The translations under genes were made by a program, and so were the position numbers. Source: an uncultured Actinomycetota bacterium (GTDB taxonomy: Bacteria > Actinomycetota > Actinomycetes > Actinomycetales > Dermatophilaceae). Taken from it: 64,000 nt of DNA. Of this stretch, positions 63,002 through 64,000 are shown piece by piece. The notes below the pieces were generated by a model. That model saw only the letters and a list, made by a program, of their open reading frames with translations, was not told the DNA's origin and did no database searches. Location: assembly GCA_963776585.1 (NCBI GenBank), contig CAVZNA010000004.1, positions 229,390-293,389 on the forward strand, written 5' to 3'. How positions within the stretch are numbered: position 1 is the first letter of the stretch; every line of letters begins with the position of its first letter.

Positions 63002-63868
63002 TCACTCGTCCGGCTGGACCGGGAGCATCTGCTCGTAGGTGAGCTCGCTCGTCGTGCCGTCGGCCAGCTCGACAGTGGCGCTGAGCGCCCCGTGGTCCAT
63101 GTCGGCCCCGGGGTCGACGTCGGCCGGCCACCAGGCGGCCCAGGAGCCGCCGGACAGCGTTGCGGTGACGTCCTGGCCGTCGGGGGCGTGCACCGTGACG
63201 GCGGTGACGTCGGTGCCTGCTCGGCCGGTGATGGAGGAGTGGCTGCCGGCGGGCCCCGACCCCGTGAACCCGCCGTAGCTGTCGACCCTGTCCGCAGCGA
63301 GCGCGGGCAGGTCGTCGACGACGCCAAGGCTCCCAGCGCCGTTGTCGTAGCCGCCGAACAGGCCGAGCAGCCCCGGCGCGTCGTGCAGCAGGCACTCTCC
63401 GACGGCCCCGCCGTCGACGGCGACGACGGTGAAGGTCCACTCCCCGCGGCGCTCGGCGAGCACGAGCTCCGCGGCCGTGAGCTCAGCAGCGGTGGGCAAC
63501 CCTTCTGCATCGCTGGGCGCTGGTCCGCCAGGCACGCTGAGGAAGTCCACACACTCCCGGAGGGCGGCCTCCTGGTCCTCGATCGGCACACCCGTAGGCA
63601 CGGCGCTCCACGACGCGTAGGCGGTGTCGCTGCCCAGCAGGTCGGGGCCGACGACGAGCAGCCCCGTCACACCGGCGGCGACAGGTAGCAGCCAGGCCAG
63701 GCGGCGCCGAGGGGTCCGTGCCGGCCGGGTCGGGGTCGGCGACCCGGTGGGTGCCGCGAGGATCCGGTCGAGGTCGGCTGCGGCGCGTTCGGCGTCACCA
63801 CCTGTTCCGCGGGCGGGGTCCATCGCGCGCAGGAGGTCGTCGAGGTCGCGGTCGTCCAGGCGGGTCAT
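63002..63868 (-). CDS. Putative membrane-anchored anti-sigma factor
   Basis: ATGA-coupled to a sigma gene; short N-terminal DLDDLLRAMDP helix, one TM helix, extracellular domain with two Cys. Confidence 0.65.
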   Translation of the reverse strand: MTRLDDRDLDDLLRAMDPARGTGGDAERAAADLDRILAAPTGSPTPTRPARTPRRRLAWLLPVAAGVTGLLVVGPDLLGSDTAYASWSAVPTGVPIEDQEAALRECVDFLSVPGGPAPSDAEGLPTAAELTAAELVLAERRGEWTFTVVAVDGGAVGECLLHDAPGLLGLFGGYDNGAGSLGVVDDLPALAADRVDSYGGFTGSGPAGSHSSITGRAGTDVTAVTVHAPDGQDVTATLSGGSWAAWWPADVDPGADMDHGALSATVELADGTTSELTYEQMLPVQPDE

Positions 63869-64000
63869 GAGGTGGCTCCAGTGGCCGAGGGTGTGGTGGC
63901 GACCCGGTGGGCGGTCGCGGGGGCGGCGTCGAGGTGACGACGCAGGGCGCGGCGTGCGCGCGAGAGGCGCAGGCGGTATGCCGTGGGAGTGATCCCCAGC
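63865..64000 (-). CDS. ECF RNA polymerase sigma factor, 3' end only
   Basis: Manual translation LGITPTAYRLRLSRARRALRRHL resembles sigma region 4.2; stop at 63865-63867. Not in the ORF track. Confidence 0.8.
   Translation of the reverse strand, partial: LGITPTAYRLRLSRARRALRRHLDAAPATAHRVATTPSATGATS

Overview
High-GC actinobacterial chromosome segment; the 16S and gene content fit Micrococcales, possibly Ornithinimicrobium/Serinicoccus-like (inference, no search run). It holds about 55 mostly housekeeping, stress and transport genes and one rRNA operon (16S-23S-5S, no ITS tRNA recognised). No transposase, integrase, phage gene, cas gene or CRISPR array was seen. Gene-level highlights: two photolyases flanking a tandem pair of paralogous unknown membrane proteins, a Vpr-like S8 protease, a secreted hydrolase fused to an ABC ATPase, a circularly permuted ATP-grasp/alpha-E/transglutaminase operon with a second convergent transglutaminase, and Bpa. 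The most unusual signal is not a gene: the octamer GTATGCCG occurs 32 times by manual count (18 on +, 14 on -) against about 2 expected from base composition, in several reading frames and in intergenic DNA. Also seen: three families of intergenic palindromic elements, a TCACCC-N5-GGGTG(A/G) site upstream of both ends of a three-gene membrane block, many leaderless-type starts, and an indel-dense stretch (about 24.4-28.3 kb) that is probably assembly error.
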